IMG/VR virus record: IMGVR_UViG_3300033273_000098
Location: 1 to 42,590 of that record
Direction: 5' to 3' (one strand)
Length of the DNA: 42,590 bases
Source: a virus
Part shown: positions 34,513-42,590 of the stretch, piece after piece
Position numbering within the stretch: the stretch's first letter is position 1
Layout: each line of letters begins with the position of its first letter
The notes under the pieces: model-generated
Told to the model about the DNA's origin: nothing
Seen by the model: the letters and a program-made list of their open reading frames with translations, nothing else
The model's database searches: none
Position numbers and translations under genes: made by a program

Positions 34513-36543
34513 ATGCATAAAAAACATTATGAAAAGCTGGAAGATGACAAGATTGTCAACATTCTGGACGATAACATCCGCAGATCTATCGGGTACTATG
34601 ACTCACAGATCAGCCGTGAACGCCAGCGTGTAATCGACCACTACAATGCGAAGCTGCCACGCCCAGCGCACGACGGTAACTCGAAGTATGTGTCCATGGA
34701 CGTATATGATGCCGTCGAGAGTATGAAAGCAGCTCTACTGGAGACATTCAGTACAGGATACAAGACTGTCCGCTTTGCGCCTCAGACAGCCGATGATGTC
34801 GTCCTGGCAGATGTAGCAACTTCATACTGTGACTATGTAGCAAATCGTCAAAACAACCTCTTCGAGGTGATGCAGTCTGTCATCCACGATGGCCTGATCG
34901 CTCGAGCTGGTATTGCAAAGGTGTTCTATTACTATGGGTCGGAGAGCTACCTCGAGGAAATACAAGATCTTACGGAAGAGGAATTCGACGCGCTACTTGC
35001 CCAGGATAACGTCGAGATTGACGAAGTTGAGCAAGATGAGCTTGGCTTATACTCGGGCACACTGCGCGTATCTGAGGATGCGTCGAAGGTCTGTATCGAA
35101 AGCATCGGGCCTGAAGAATTCGTAGTTGAGCCACAGTGTCGTGACCTGGAATCAGCGTCATTCTGTGCCCACCGTACGACCAAGACGATCTCAGAGCTGC
35201 GTGAGGCAGGTTACGACGAGAAACTGATCGCCAAGATCGGGGACCATGAACACGTCGACATGGAGACGGATCCAGAGGTCCTGGCACGTCACGAGAACAT
35301 CGGCTCAGATCGTGGATTCAACGCTAAAGGCTACCAAGACCAGGTGCGTGAAGTCACAGTCTATGAGTGCTACATCATGCTCGATCCCGATGCCACTGGC
35401 GTCGCTGAGTTGTACCGTATCGTCAAGGCTGGCAACGTGATGCTAGAGATGGAACAGGTGACACGTCGCCCGTTCGTTGCATTCGTTCCTCTGCCGATCC
35501 CTCATGCGTTCTATGGCAACAACTTTGCATCCAAGGTTGTCCCGATTCAGAATGCGCGCACAGTTTTGACACGCTCGATCCTGGATCACGCGATGATCAC
35601 AAACAACCCACGTTACCAGGTCGTCAAAGGCGGTCTAACAAACCCACGCGAGTTGATCGACAACCGTGTCGGCGGGATCGTCAATGTGTCACGCCCTGAT
35701 GCAATCACCCCGATGCCACAGGCACCGTTGAACCCATTTATCTTCCAGACAATCCAGATGCTGGACGAAGACAAAGAAGACACCACAGGCGTCTCTCGTT
35801 TGTCCCAGGGACTCAACAAGGATGCCATCAGCAAGCAGAACTCAGCAGCTATGGTCGAGCAGCTGGCGACAATGTCCCAGCAGCGTCAGAAGATCATTGC
35901 ACGTAACTTCGCTAACAACTTCCTGAAACCTCTGTATCAGATGATCTACCAGCTGGTGATCGAGAACGAGCCAGAGACAAAGATTGTGGAGCTGGCAGGG
36001 AACTATGTTGCTGTGTCTCCAGCTGACTGGAAGTCTAAGCGTGATGTCGTCGTCGAGATGCATCTAGGTTACGGCGAACAGGAACAGGAAGCACAGAAGT
36101 ACCTGGCACTGCATACGTTGATGTCACAGGATCCAACCCTGTCATCGATGTACACTCCTGAGAACCAATTCAAACTTATGGCGCACGTGATGGAAAACAA
36201 CGGGATCAAGAACGTGTCAGACTATCTGACGCCGCCGAACCAGTTGCCACCGCCACAGCCAGATCCAGCACAGGAAATGGCGATGCAGATGCAGCAGAAA
36301 CAGATGGAGCTGCAAGAGCGTCAAACACAGATTGCGGAGATGAAGGCGCAGATGGACGCACAAATCGCGCAAATGAAGATGCAGCTGGATACCATGAAGG
36401 CGCAACAGAACTTCGCAATACAATCGGACAACGTCGATCTGAAGGAAGCTCAACTCGAGCACAAGCAGTTTGTCGACAAGGCCGAGCTAGAGATCGCGAG
36501 AAACGCAGACGACGTCCGCGCAATCGCATCACCGACTGGGTAG
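34513..36543 (+). CDS. Portal protein
   Basis: 676 aa, directly after terL. It has a C-terminal Gln/Met-rich coiled coil (QEMAMQMQQKQMELQERQTQIAEMKAQMDAQ). The call rests on size and position. Confidence 0.75.
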   Translation: MHKKHYEKLEDDKIVNILDDNIRRSIGYYDSQISRERQRVIDHYNAKLPRPAHDGNSKYVSMDVYDAVESMKAALLETFSTGYKTVRFAPQTADDVVLADVATSYCDYVANRQNNLFEVMQSVIHDGLIARAGIAKVFYYYGSESYLEEIQDLTEEEFDALLAQDNVEIDEVEQDELGLYSGTLRVSEDASKVCIESIGPEEFVVEPQCRDLESASFCAHRTTKTISELREAGYDEKLIAKIGDHEHVDMETDPEVLARHENIGSDRGFNAKGYQDQVREVTVYECYIMLDPDATGVAELYRIVKAGNVMLEMEQVTRRPFVAFVPLPIPHAFYGNNFASKVVPIQNARTVLTRSILDHAMITNNPRYQVVKGGLTNPRELIDNRVGGIVNVSRPDAITPMPQAPLNPFIFQTIQMLDEDKEDTTGVSRLSQGLNKDAISKQNSAAMVEQLATMSQQRQKIIARNFANNFLKPLYQMIYQLVIENEPETKIVELAGNYVAVSPADWKSKRDVVVEMHLGYGEQEQEAQKYLALHTLMSQDPTLSSMYTPENQFKLMAHVMENNGIKNVSDYLTPPNQLPPPQPDPAQEMAMQMQQKQMELQERQTQIAEMKAQMDAQIAQMKMQLDTMKAQQNFAIQSDNVDLKEAQLEHKQFVDKAELEIARNADDVRAIASPTG

Positions 36544-36582
36544 ACCTACGGGTCTCCCAGCCCCCAACCCCAATGAGAGCAG

Positions 36583-36858
36583 ATGAAAACCGAAGAAGAG
36601 CTAATTGAGCTTGGAACGGCATCAGATGAGCTGTTGTCGTCCCATGCATTTGGTCAGGTGACAAACCACTTAGTGGAGCAAGCGTTCCAGGCGTTTGTCA
36701 ACTCGGCCCCAGATGCGCACGAGAAGCGCGAACAGATCTATCGCCATTATCGATCCCTGGTCGACGTGGTGAACAGCCTGAAGGAAAACAAGGCCGTCAA
36801 AGACGAGATCTTAATGAAACTCAACAACCGAGAAGAGGAAGCACAGGACCATGAGTAA
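36583..36858 (+). CDS. Hypothetical head-module protein
   Basis: 91 aa, lying between the portal and scaffold genes. Confidence 0.5.
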   Translation: MKTEEELIELGTASDELLSSHAFGQVTNHLVEQAFQAFVNSAPDAHEKREQIYRHYRSLVDVVNSLKENKAVKDEILMKLNNREEEAQDHE

Positions 36859-37876
36859 CGTCCAAAATGATGCAACCGAACCACGCGCGTTTGACGATCT
36901 GTCAGATGCCGCAGATGCCATCCTAGACCGCTGGTCAGACGGTGAAGACCTATCTGAAGAAGAGGAACTAGAGGCGACAGATGACGTCCAAGAGGAGGAG
37001 ACTGACGAGGACGTCACTGAACTTGATGAAGACACTGAGGACGAAGAGCCAGAAGAAGATCAAGACGAAGACCCTGAGGAAGCTGAAGAAGCCAGCGACG
37101 ACGATGAGCCTGAAGAAATCGAAATTGACGATGACTTCCTGGTTGCCATCTCAGTCGACGGTGAAGAGCGTCAGGCATCTTTGAAGGATCTGAAACGTCT
37201 CTACGGACAAGAAGCGTCTTTGACACGTAAGTCTCAAGAAGTTGCTGCCAAACGTAAAGAGGCTGAAGAGTCTTTCGTTAGAGCAAATGCAAGTTATCAG
37301 AAACTTATTGAACGAGCAGAAGCACGGTTCAAGCCGTATTCCGAGATCGACATGCTAGTCGCATCGAGGGAGATGTCGGCAGAGGACTTTGCGTCGTTGC
37401 GCCGTGAGGCCAAAGAAGCTGAAGAGGACGTCAAGTTTCTCAAAGAGGAAGCTCAGAACTTCTACAGCGAGGCCCAAAAGCAATACCAGGCACAGCAGCA
37501 AGAAGCAGCCAAAGAGTGTGTAAAAGTACTTGAGGAGCAGCTGCCAGACTGGGGCAACGAGCTTTACAATGACATCCGTCAATATGCGGTTTCTGTCGGA
37601 CTTCCCCAGGAACAAGTTGACCAATACGTCGACCCAACAGTGATCATGCTGATTAACAAAGCACGTCTGTATGACCAAAGCCAAAAGACCATCGAGTCCA
37701 AGAAGGCTAAGGCCAAGAAGACGAGCCGAGGAAAGGTACTGAGATCTAAGAAGTCGCCAGTCAAACCTAAGGCTACGTCCGAGATGAAGCAGCAGCGGAT
37801 GCGTGAACGCGCCCGTTCGACACAGGATCCCGATGACATTGCAAGCGCACTAATGGCGCGATGGGAGCAATCCTAG
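36851..37876 (+). CDS. Scaffolding protein
   Basis: 341 aa. It has an extremely acidic N-terminal third (EEEELEATDDVQEEETDEDVTELDEDTEDEEPEE...) and a helical charged remainder. It lies immediately upstream of the capsid gene. Confidence 0.7.
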   Translation: MSNVQNDATEPRAFDDLSDAADAILDRWSDGEDLSEEEELEATDDVQEEETDEDVTELDEDTEDEEPEEDQDEDPEEAEEASDDDEPEEIEIDDDFLVAISVDGEERQASLKDLKRLYGQEASLTRKSQEVAAKRKEAEESFVRANASYQKLIERAEARFKPYSEIDMLVASREMSAEDFASLRREAKEAEEDVKFLKEEAQNFYSEAQKQYQAQQQEAAKECVKVLEEQLPDWGNELYNDIRQYAVSVGLPQEQVDQYVDPTVIMLINKARLYDQSQKTIESKKAKAKKTSRGKVLRSKKSPVKPKATSEMKQQRMRERARSTQDPDDIASALMARWEQS

Positions 37877-37907
37877 TTCACAACACTCAAATAGAAGGTA
37901 ACCAATC

Positions 37908-38789
37908 ATGGCTACATTTACTACTTACGACCAGGTCGGTAAGAAAGAAGACGTCTCAGATATCATCTCAGACATCACACCCCTAGACAGCCCAATGTTC
38001 AGCCTAATGAAAACCGAGAAAGTAAATGCTCGTGTATTCGAATGGCAAGAAGATGCGCTACGTGCAGCAAATGCTGACAACGCCATCGTGGAAGGGGCCG
38101 ACGCAACGATGTCAACATTGACAGCGACAACAATGCGTTCGAACACAACACAGATCCTAGAAGAGTCTTTCCAGGTTTCTGCAACTTCAGACGCAATCGC
38201 CACATATGGTCGTGCGAAGGAAACTGCATACCAGTTGGGCCGCGCACTAAAAGCCATCAAGCGTGACATCGAAGCAGCGTTCGTTGGTCGTGACCAAGCA
38301 GCTGTCACAGGTTCAGGCTCAGTTGCTCGTAAGATGGCGTCAGTCATCAACCAGATCACAACTGACGAGAACAACGCAACACCAGCAGCTCTTTCAGAAG
38401 CTATGGTATTGTCAGCTGGTGAAACAGCGTACGACAACGGTTCTGACGTCAACACATTGATGATCAAACCAGGTGACGCACAGATTGTTGCTGGCTTCGC
38501 AGGTTCTGCGGGTCGTAACCGTGAGATCGCACAGGGCAAAACATTGGTTAACGCCATTGATTTGTACGTGAGTCCGTATGGTGAGTACCGCGTGGTATTG
38601 AACCGCCACTTGGCGTCTGACACAGCTCTGCTGATCGACCCAGCGATGTTCAAGACATGTGTACTACGTCCATTCGCACGTACACTTCTTGCGAAGAACG
38701 GTGACTCAGATCGCCACAGCATCGTCGGTGAATACTCATGTAAGCACATGAACTTCGGTGACTCTGTGAAGATCACAGGTCTTACCTAA
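37908..38789 (+). CDS. Major capsid protein (HK97-fold; not T7 gp10-like at the N-terminus)
   Basis: 293 aa, preceded by the scaffold gene and followed by strong hairpins. The N-terminal QVGKKEDVSDIISDITPLDSPMFSLM...FEWQEDAL resembles the DUF5309/SU10-type capsid family. Confidence 0.8.
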   Translation: MATFTTYDQVGKKEDVSDIISDITPLDSPMFSLMKTEKVNARVFEWQEDALRAANADNAIVEGADATMSTLTATTMRSNTTQILEESFQVSATSDAIATYGRAKETAYQLGRALKAIKRDIEAAFVGRDQAAVTGSGSVARKMASVINQITTDENNATPAALSEAMVLSAGETAYDNGSDVNTLMIKPGDAQIVAGFAGSAGRNREIAQGKTLVNAIDLYVSPYGEYRVVLNRHLASDTALLIDPAMFKTCVLRPFARTLLAKNGDSDRHSIVGEYSCKHMNFGDSVKITGLT

Positions 38790-38796
38790 GACATAG

Positions 38797-38816
38797 CTCA
38801 GGCCTTCGGGCCTGGG
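38797..38816 (+). terminator. Hairpin 1 after the capsid gene
   Basis: ctcaggcc-ttcg-ggcctggg forms an 8-bp stem (one G-U) with a TTCG tetraloop. Confidence 0.55.
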
Positions 38817-38838
38817 TCATCTGATGAGGGTCATCCTC

Positions 38839-38900
38839 GTCGTCCCTGGGGTTTTCGCTCTCCTTACCCTGGGACGACTTGGGTGGCCCTCTTTTTATTT
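38839..38900 (+). terminator. Hairpin 2 plus T-rich tract after the capsid gene
   Basis: gtcgtccc pairs with gggacgac (8 bp), with a further ggg/ccc. The tract ctttttattt follows at 38891-38900. Confidence 0.55.
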
Positions 38901-38914
38901 CCAAGGAGATAGCA

Positions 38915-39232
38915 ATGAGTAAGCTAATTGATAAGAACGCCGTCGACCTGACAGGAACCTTCGAGGACTTCCACCAGGACGGTAAGAACGTCATTCGCCA
39001 AACATCACAGAATATATCCCAGGCGTTCCTGGACGACCTGAAGAATGCGCGGAACGAGTCCACGCAGAAACCGACAGGTGACTTCATGCGTGTTGCATCG
39101 ATCCCCGTCGTTATTGTCGAGAAGTGGATGCGCGAAGGTTTCAACGTATGGGAAGCCTCGGGCCAGGAGATCGTCAAGAAACTGAAGAATGAAAACCTGG
39201 ATGCCTTCATGGCAACTGAGAAGAGGATCTAA
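38915..39232 (+). CDS. Hypothetical protein
   Basis: 105 aa from the ATG with AAGGAG upstream. The ORF-track start at 38879 lies inside the terminator. Confidence 0.55.
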   Translation: MSKLIDKNAVDLTGTFEDFHQDGKNVIRQTSQNISQAFLDDLKNARNESTQKPTGDFMRVASIPVVIVEKWMREGFNVWEASGQEIVKKLKNENLDAFMATEKRI

Positions 39233-39235
39233 CCC

Positions 39236-39325
39236 ATGTACAAGAGCGGTAAGTTTAAACCCTGCAAGGCCTGTAAGACACCAATGACATGCAGCAAGTT
39301 TGGCTGTCAGAAGGCAGAGGATTGA
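39236..39325 (+). CDS. Possible 29-aa four-Cys peptide
   Basis: The product is MYKSGKFKPCKACKTPMTCSKFGCQKAED, with CxxC...C....C. It fills the gap exactly. Confidence 0.3.
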   Translation: MYKSGKFKPCKACKTPMTCSKFGCQKAED

Positions 39326-39327
39326 AT

Positions 39328-39492
39328 ATGGGTAGAGGTCTGTATGCAAATATTCACGCTAACCAAAAGGCTGGCAAAAAGCCTCGCAAGAAAGGCCAGA
39401 AGGGTGCACCTACTGATGCTGATTTTGCACGCGCTGCTAGAACAGCAAAGCCGAAGCCAAAAGCAAAGCCACGAAGAACACAAAGGGCATAA
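39328..39492 (+). CDS. Small highly basic protein (GLYANIHA motif, DUF5872-like)
   Basis: 54 aa with GAGG upstream. MGRGLYANIHANQKAGKKPRKKGQKGAPTDADF resembles a small basic protein family widespread in phages. Confidence 0.5.
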   Translation: MGRGLYANIHANQKAGKKPRKKGQKGAPTDADFARAARTAKPKPKAKPRRTQRA

Positions 39493-39495
39493 GAA

Positions 39496-40101
39496 ATGAA
39501 CAAAGGTCAGCTAAGGGCGCACCTGATTGCGCTAATGAACCGCAGCGATCTATCCAACGCACTGGCTGACACGTTCATCGATCAGTCGTTTGCTCGTATC
39601 AACCGTACCCTGCGGATCCCACCGATGGAGAAGCAGGTGTCTTACAATATCAACGCTGCAACCTCGTTTGTCGGTCTACCTAATGACTTCCTCGAGGTGA
39701 TCGATGTCTACTCTGAAGGCCGTGTCCTGGACCGCGTGACAATGCGTGAGATGGTACCTTTGAGACACCAGGGCGACGCTGGTCCAGCACAACGGTTCAC
39801 ACGTGAGGGTTCTAAGATCCTACTGCATCCTGAGCCATCCACAGGTGAAGTACTCTTGAACTACTACGCTGAGATCCCGCAGCTGACGTCAGATAGTGAC
39901 GAGAACTTTATGACCGTCATTGCTAGTGACCTGGTTTGCTATGGTGCCCTTTGTTATGCGGCTGATTACTTCATCGACGAACGCGCTCAGTTCTTCGAAC
40001 AGAAGTTCGCACTCTACATGGCAGAGCTTCAGAGCCAGAGTGATGATGCCGAAACAGCTGGGACCGTCATTGCGATGACACCAGTCGCAACCTACGAATA
40101 A
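39496..40101 (+). CDS. Putative head-to-tail adaptor / tail tubular A-like protein
   Basis: 201 aa. It lies between the capsid block and the fibre genes. The N-terminus is LRAHLIALMNRSDLSNALADTFIDQSFARINRTLR. The call is based mainly on position. Confidence 0.4.
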   Translation: MNKGQLRAHLIALMNRSDLSNALADTFIDQSFARINRTLRIPPMEKQVSYNINAATSFVGLPNDFLEVIDVYSEGRVLDRVTMREMVPLRHQGDAGPAQRFTREGSKILLHPEPSTGEVLLNYYAEIPQLTSDSDENFMTVIASDLVCYGALCYAADYFIDERAQFFEQKFALYMAELQSQSDDAETAGTVIAMTPVATYE

Positions 40102-40113
40102 TGAGGTCAGGAA

Positions 40114-41310
40114 ATGAGTGCCAAGTCTAGTTTCTATGCAATTGCTGGACGCGAAGTTACTGAAGTCGACCCAATCACGTCACTTCGAAACGAAGCGGAG
40201 GCAGCACGTGCAGCCGCAGTCCAGGCAAAGAATGAGGCCTTGGCATCACAGCAAGCTGCCCAGGATAGTGAAAACAATGCGGCAACCAGTGAGGCCAATG
40301 CCGCCGCTAGTGCATCAGCTGCAAACACGTCAGCTGTCGCAGCGTCCAACGCAGCCGCCAACATCAGTACATCCACAGCAGCAGCCGCAGCCGCCCAGGC
40401 AGCAGCCGAGACTGCACGTGATGATGCCCAGGCTGCACGTCTAGGTGCTGAGACCGCAGAGACCGCCGCTGAAACAGCTCAGACAGCCGCTGAGGCCGCT
40501 CAGACAGCAGCGGAAACAGCTGAGACGAATGCTGAGACGGCAGAGACCAATGCAGCGTCCTCAGCCACCGCAGCGTCCGCTAGTGAGACAGCAGCAGCTG
40601 CAAGCGAGACTGCCGCAGCAGGTAGTGCCACAGCAGCAGCTGGATCTGCCACAGCAGCCGCCACCTCTGAAGCAAATGCAGCAGCGTCACAGACAGCAGC
40701 AGCTGCAAGTCAAACAGCAGCCGCTACGTCAGAAACCAACGCTGCAACTTCAGCTACTAATGCTGCTACCTCAGAGACCAACGCAGCAACGTCAGCAACT
40801 AACGCTGCTACCTCTGAGACCAATGCAGCCACGTCAGCTGCAAACGCAGCAGCAGCAGAAACCAATGCGACCACAAGCGCGACTAATGCTGCGACGTCAG
40901 CAACCAATGCCGCCGCAAGTGAAACAGCAGCAGCTGGGTCAGCGACAGCAGCCGCGACCAGTGAAACAAACGCTACGACAGCAGCAACTAACGCCGCTAC
41001 GTCAGAGACCAACGCAGCAACTTCAGAGACGAATGCCGCCTCGAGTGCAACAGCTGCGGCAGGGTCAGCAACGACAGCAGCGACTGAGGCAACCAATGCT
41101 GCAACATCTGCAACAGACGCAGCGACGTCAGCAGGTACAGCAGCCACCGATGCAGCAGCAGCAGCCGCGTCAGCAGCGGCAGCGGCAACATCAGAAACTA
41201 ATGCAGCAACATCAGAAGCAAACGCTGCGGCATCAGCAGCCGCTGTGGCATCAGCAGCTCAGACAGCAGCGACAGATGTCTCCGTCGCGATGGCTATCGC
41301 TCTTGGATAA
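40114..41310 (+). CDS. Fibrous tail-fibre shaft protein made of Ser-Glu/Ala-Thr-Asn-Ala-Ala-Thr heptads
   Basis: 398 aa. From about residue 40 to 385 it consists of Ala/Thr/Ser/Glu/Asn 7-residue (21-bp) repeats such as NAATSET NAATSAT. The SETNA motif is familiar from lambda Stf / P2 H-type fibres. Confidence 0.7.
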   Translation: MSAKSSFYAIAGREVTEVDPITSLRNEAEAARAAAVQAKNEALASQQAAQDSENNAATSEANAAASASAANTSAVAASNAAANISTSTAAAAAAQAAAETARDDAQAARLGAETAETAAETAQTAAEAAQTAAETAETNAETAETNAASSATAASASETAAAASETAAAGSATAAAGSATAAATSEANAAASQTAAAASQTAAATSETNAATSATNAATSETNAATSATNAATSETNAATSAANAAAAETNATTSATNAATSATNAAASETAAAGSATAAATSETNATTAATNAATSETNAATSETNAASSATAAAGSATTAATEATNAATSATDAATSAGTAATDAAAAAASAAAAATSETNAATSEANAAASAAAVASAAQTAATDVSVAMAIALG

Positions 41311-41324
41311 TAGGACAAACGAAT

Positions 41325-41657
41325 ATGGCTAATACATTCACACGATATACATCTCGCAGCGTAGGTACGTCAGCAGTGCCCGTAGGTAACTTGACCGTAG
41401 GATCATCCACACAGACAACTGTCATTGGTCTCAGCTGCTCGAACATCACCACTGATGCAATCACTGTGGACGTACAGCACAGCGATGGGACAAGCGATAC
41501 GCACCTGGTAAAGGGTGCGACAGTTCCAGTTGGTGGATCCCTGGTTGTCGTTGGTGGTGATCAAAAGGTTGTCCTGGTCTCAGGTGACAGCATCAAAGTC
41601 ACCTCAAGTGCACCGACATCATGCGATGTCTTTATGTCAGTATTGGAGATCACATAA
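41325..41657 (+). CDS. Small beta-rich virion protein, unknown role
   Basis: 110 aa, Ser/Thr/Val/Gly-rich. It is embedded in the fibre module. Confidence 0.5.
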   Translation: MANTFTRYTSRSVGTSAVPVGNLTVGSSTQTTVIGLSCSNITTDAITVDVQHSDGTSDTHLVKGATVPVGGSLVVVGGDQKVVLVSGDSIKVTSSAPTSCDVFMSVLEIT

Positions 41658-42292
41658 TGGGTAAGTCACATGATCTAGCCACGTTCCTGGACGATGGTGC
41701 CCCAGGTGATCTGATTGTCGACTCAGGTCATCAGCTCCGCGTCACAAGATCTGATGGACTGACCTTTGGTACAATCTCTAAGGGTAACGCTAATTCCGCT
41801 CTTGGTAGTGGTATCATATACAACGACGTTAATGCCGATGGTCACCACTTCAAGCTCGGTGGCGTGACAAAGATGAACATAGACACGGCGGGTCGTGTGA
41901 CTATGCCTGACCAGCCTTGGGCGTTAGTAGATCTCGGCGGTGGTGCCAACTATGTTAGTCACACTGGTGTGATGGCATTTAATAATGTGGTGCAATCTAA
42001 TGGGTCACACTACAACACCTCAACTCACCGTTTCGTTTGTCCTGTCGATGGGGTGTACTCAATTGCGTTCTCTGTTCTTTCGGCTAATGCCACAGATCAG
42101 TTTCACGTTAATGTACTCTTAAACGGAACAAGATTTGCGCGAAGCTACGTTACCTACCGCGCTAACAAGGGTTACGTTGAATACAGATGCGCAGCTAATG
42201 ATTATCTTCAGATATTCGCGGATAACATAAGTGTATACCCAGGGACTGGCATAGATATGTACACGTGGGCTTGCTACAGATTATTAGGATAA
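41657..42292 (+). CDS. C1q-like head-domain fibre protein
   Basis: 211 aa from the ATG overlapping the upstream TAA. It has GRVTMPDQPWAL, HYNTSTHRFVCPVDGVYSIAF, ANDYLQIF and a terminal CYRLLG. Confidence 0.7.
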   Translation: MGKSHDLATFLDDGAPGDLIVDSGHQLRVTRSDGLTFGTISKGNANSALGSGIIYNDVNADGHHFKLGGVTKMNIDTAGRVTMPDQPWALVDLGGGANYVSHTGVMAFNNVVQSNGSHYNTSTHRFVCPVDGVYSIAFSVLSANATDQFHVNVLLNGTRFARSYVTYRANKGYVEYRCAANDYLQIFADNISVYPGTGIDMYTWACYRLLG

Positions 42293-42298
42293 ACACAC

Positions 42299-42590
42299 AT
42301 GGCATACATAGGACATTCCCTTTCTGAAGGGGTACGCCGCGTATATACATATGTGGCTACAGTTAACCAGGACACGTTTAGCGCGGTTTATGGCGTAGGC
42401 GCAGTAGACGTCTACCAGAACGGAGTCCTTCTACCACCCACAGCATACAATGCATCTAGTGGTGGCAGTGTGATCCTCAACGAGCAGTGTGCAGTGGATG
42501 ACGAGGTCACCATTGTCGTACACAACACGTTCGCAGTTGCAGACACATACACCAAAGCAGAGGCAGATAGCCGCTACATTGCGTCAGGCA
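42299..42590 (+). CDS. Tail-fibre protein, 5' part (continues at base 142 of the window; see 3..338)
   Basis: MAYIGHSLSEGVRRVYTYVATVNQDTFSAV... is paralogous to the N-terminus of the 2730 fibre. The frame is open to the end of the window. Confidence 0.8.
   Translation, partial: MAYIGHSLSEGVRRVYTYVATVNQDTFSAVYGVGAVDVYQNGVLLPPTAYNASSGGSVILNEQCAVDDEVTIVVHNTFAVADTYTKAEADSRYIASG
42450..42590. repeat. Terminal overlap copy 2 (identical to 1-141)
   Basis: See the feature at 1-141. Confidence 0.95.

Noticed and set aside
37925-38776. A 283-aa ORF on the minus strand
   Set aside because: It is exactly antisense to the major capsid gene, has no RBS and no neighbouring minus-strand genes. It is a shadow ORF.
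40445-41332. A 295-aa Gln/Arg/Pro/Leu-rich ORF (+ strand, other frame), plus minus-strand ORFs 40710-41147 and 40997-41191
   Set aside because: All lie inside the 21-bp periodic Ala/Thr/Ser repeat, whose GCN/ACN/TCN codons happen to lack stops in other frames. The sequences are low-complexity and have no independent start signals.
42450-42590. The 141-bp end repeat as a T7-style direct terminal repeat
   Set aside because: It lies inside an uninterrupted tail-fibre reading frame and has no flanking non-coding DNA. This is the signature of an assembly overlap from a circular path.

Overview
The window is a complete phage genome. Bases 1-141 are identical to 42450-42590, so the contig closes into a circle of 42,449 unique bp. 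All convincing genes lie on the + strand and coding density is very high. An early and replication block (about 6.4-19.5 kb) is clearly T7-like. It holds a tyrosine integrase, single-subunit RNA polymerase, gp2.5-type SSB, endonuclease I, primase-helicase, MazG, family A DNA polymerase, gp6-type exonuclease, DUF3310 and a probable class II RNR. A late block (about 19.8 kb, across the junction, to 6.25 kb) has a gene order that is not T7-like. It runs: fibre-like, Gly-rich, nozzle-like, three ejection proteins (one of 1958 aa), TerS, TerL, portal, scaffold, capsid, adaptor-like. It then continues into an 11-gene fibre and receptor-binding module of about 6.7 kb that crosses the contig junction, and ends with a lysis cassette. 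Points worth a second look:
- A tRNA-Met(CAT)-like 3' fragment upstream of int, a candidate attP.
- A 12-13 nt motif present four times, a candidate phage-RNAP promoter.
- Three C1q-like fibre-head paralogues, other duplicated fibre cassettes, and a headless SETNA-heptad fibre.
- A lipoprotein with a C-terminal TMD, a candidate unimolecular spanin.
- A 1.2 kb repeat-dense intergenic hub at 19.5-20.7 kb.
- An HExxH motif in the giant ejection protein.
All functional calls come from motif recognition by eye. No database search was run.
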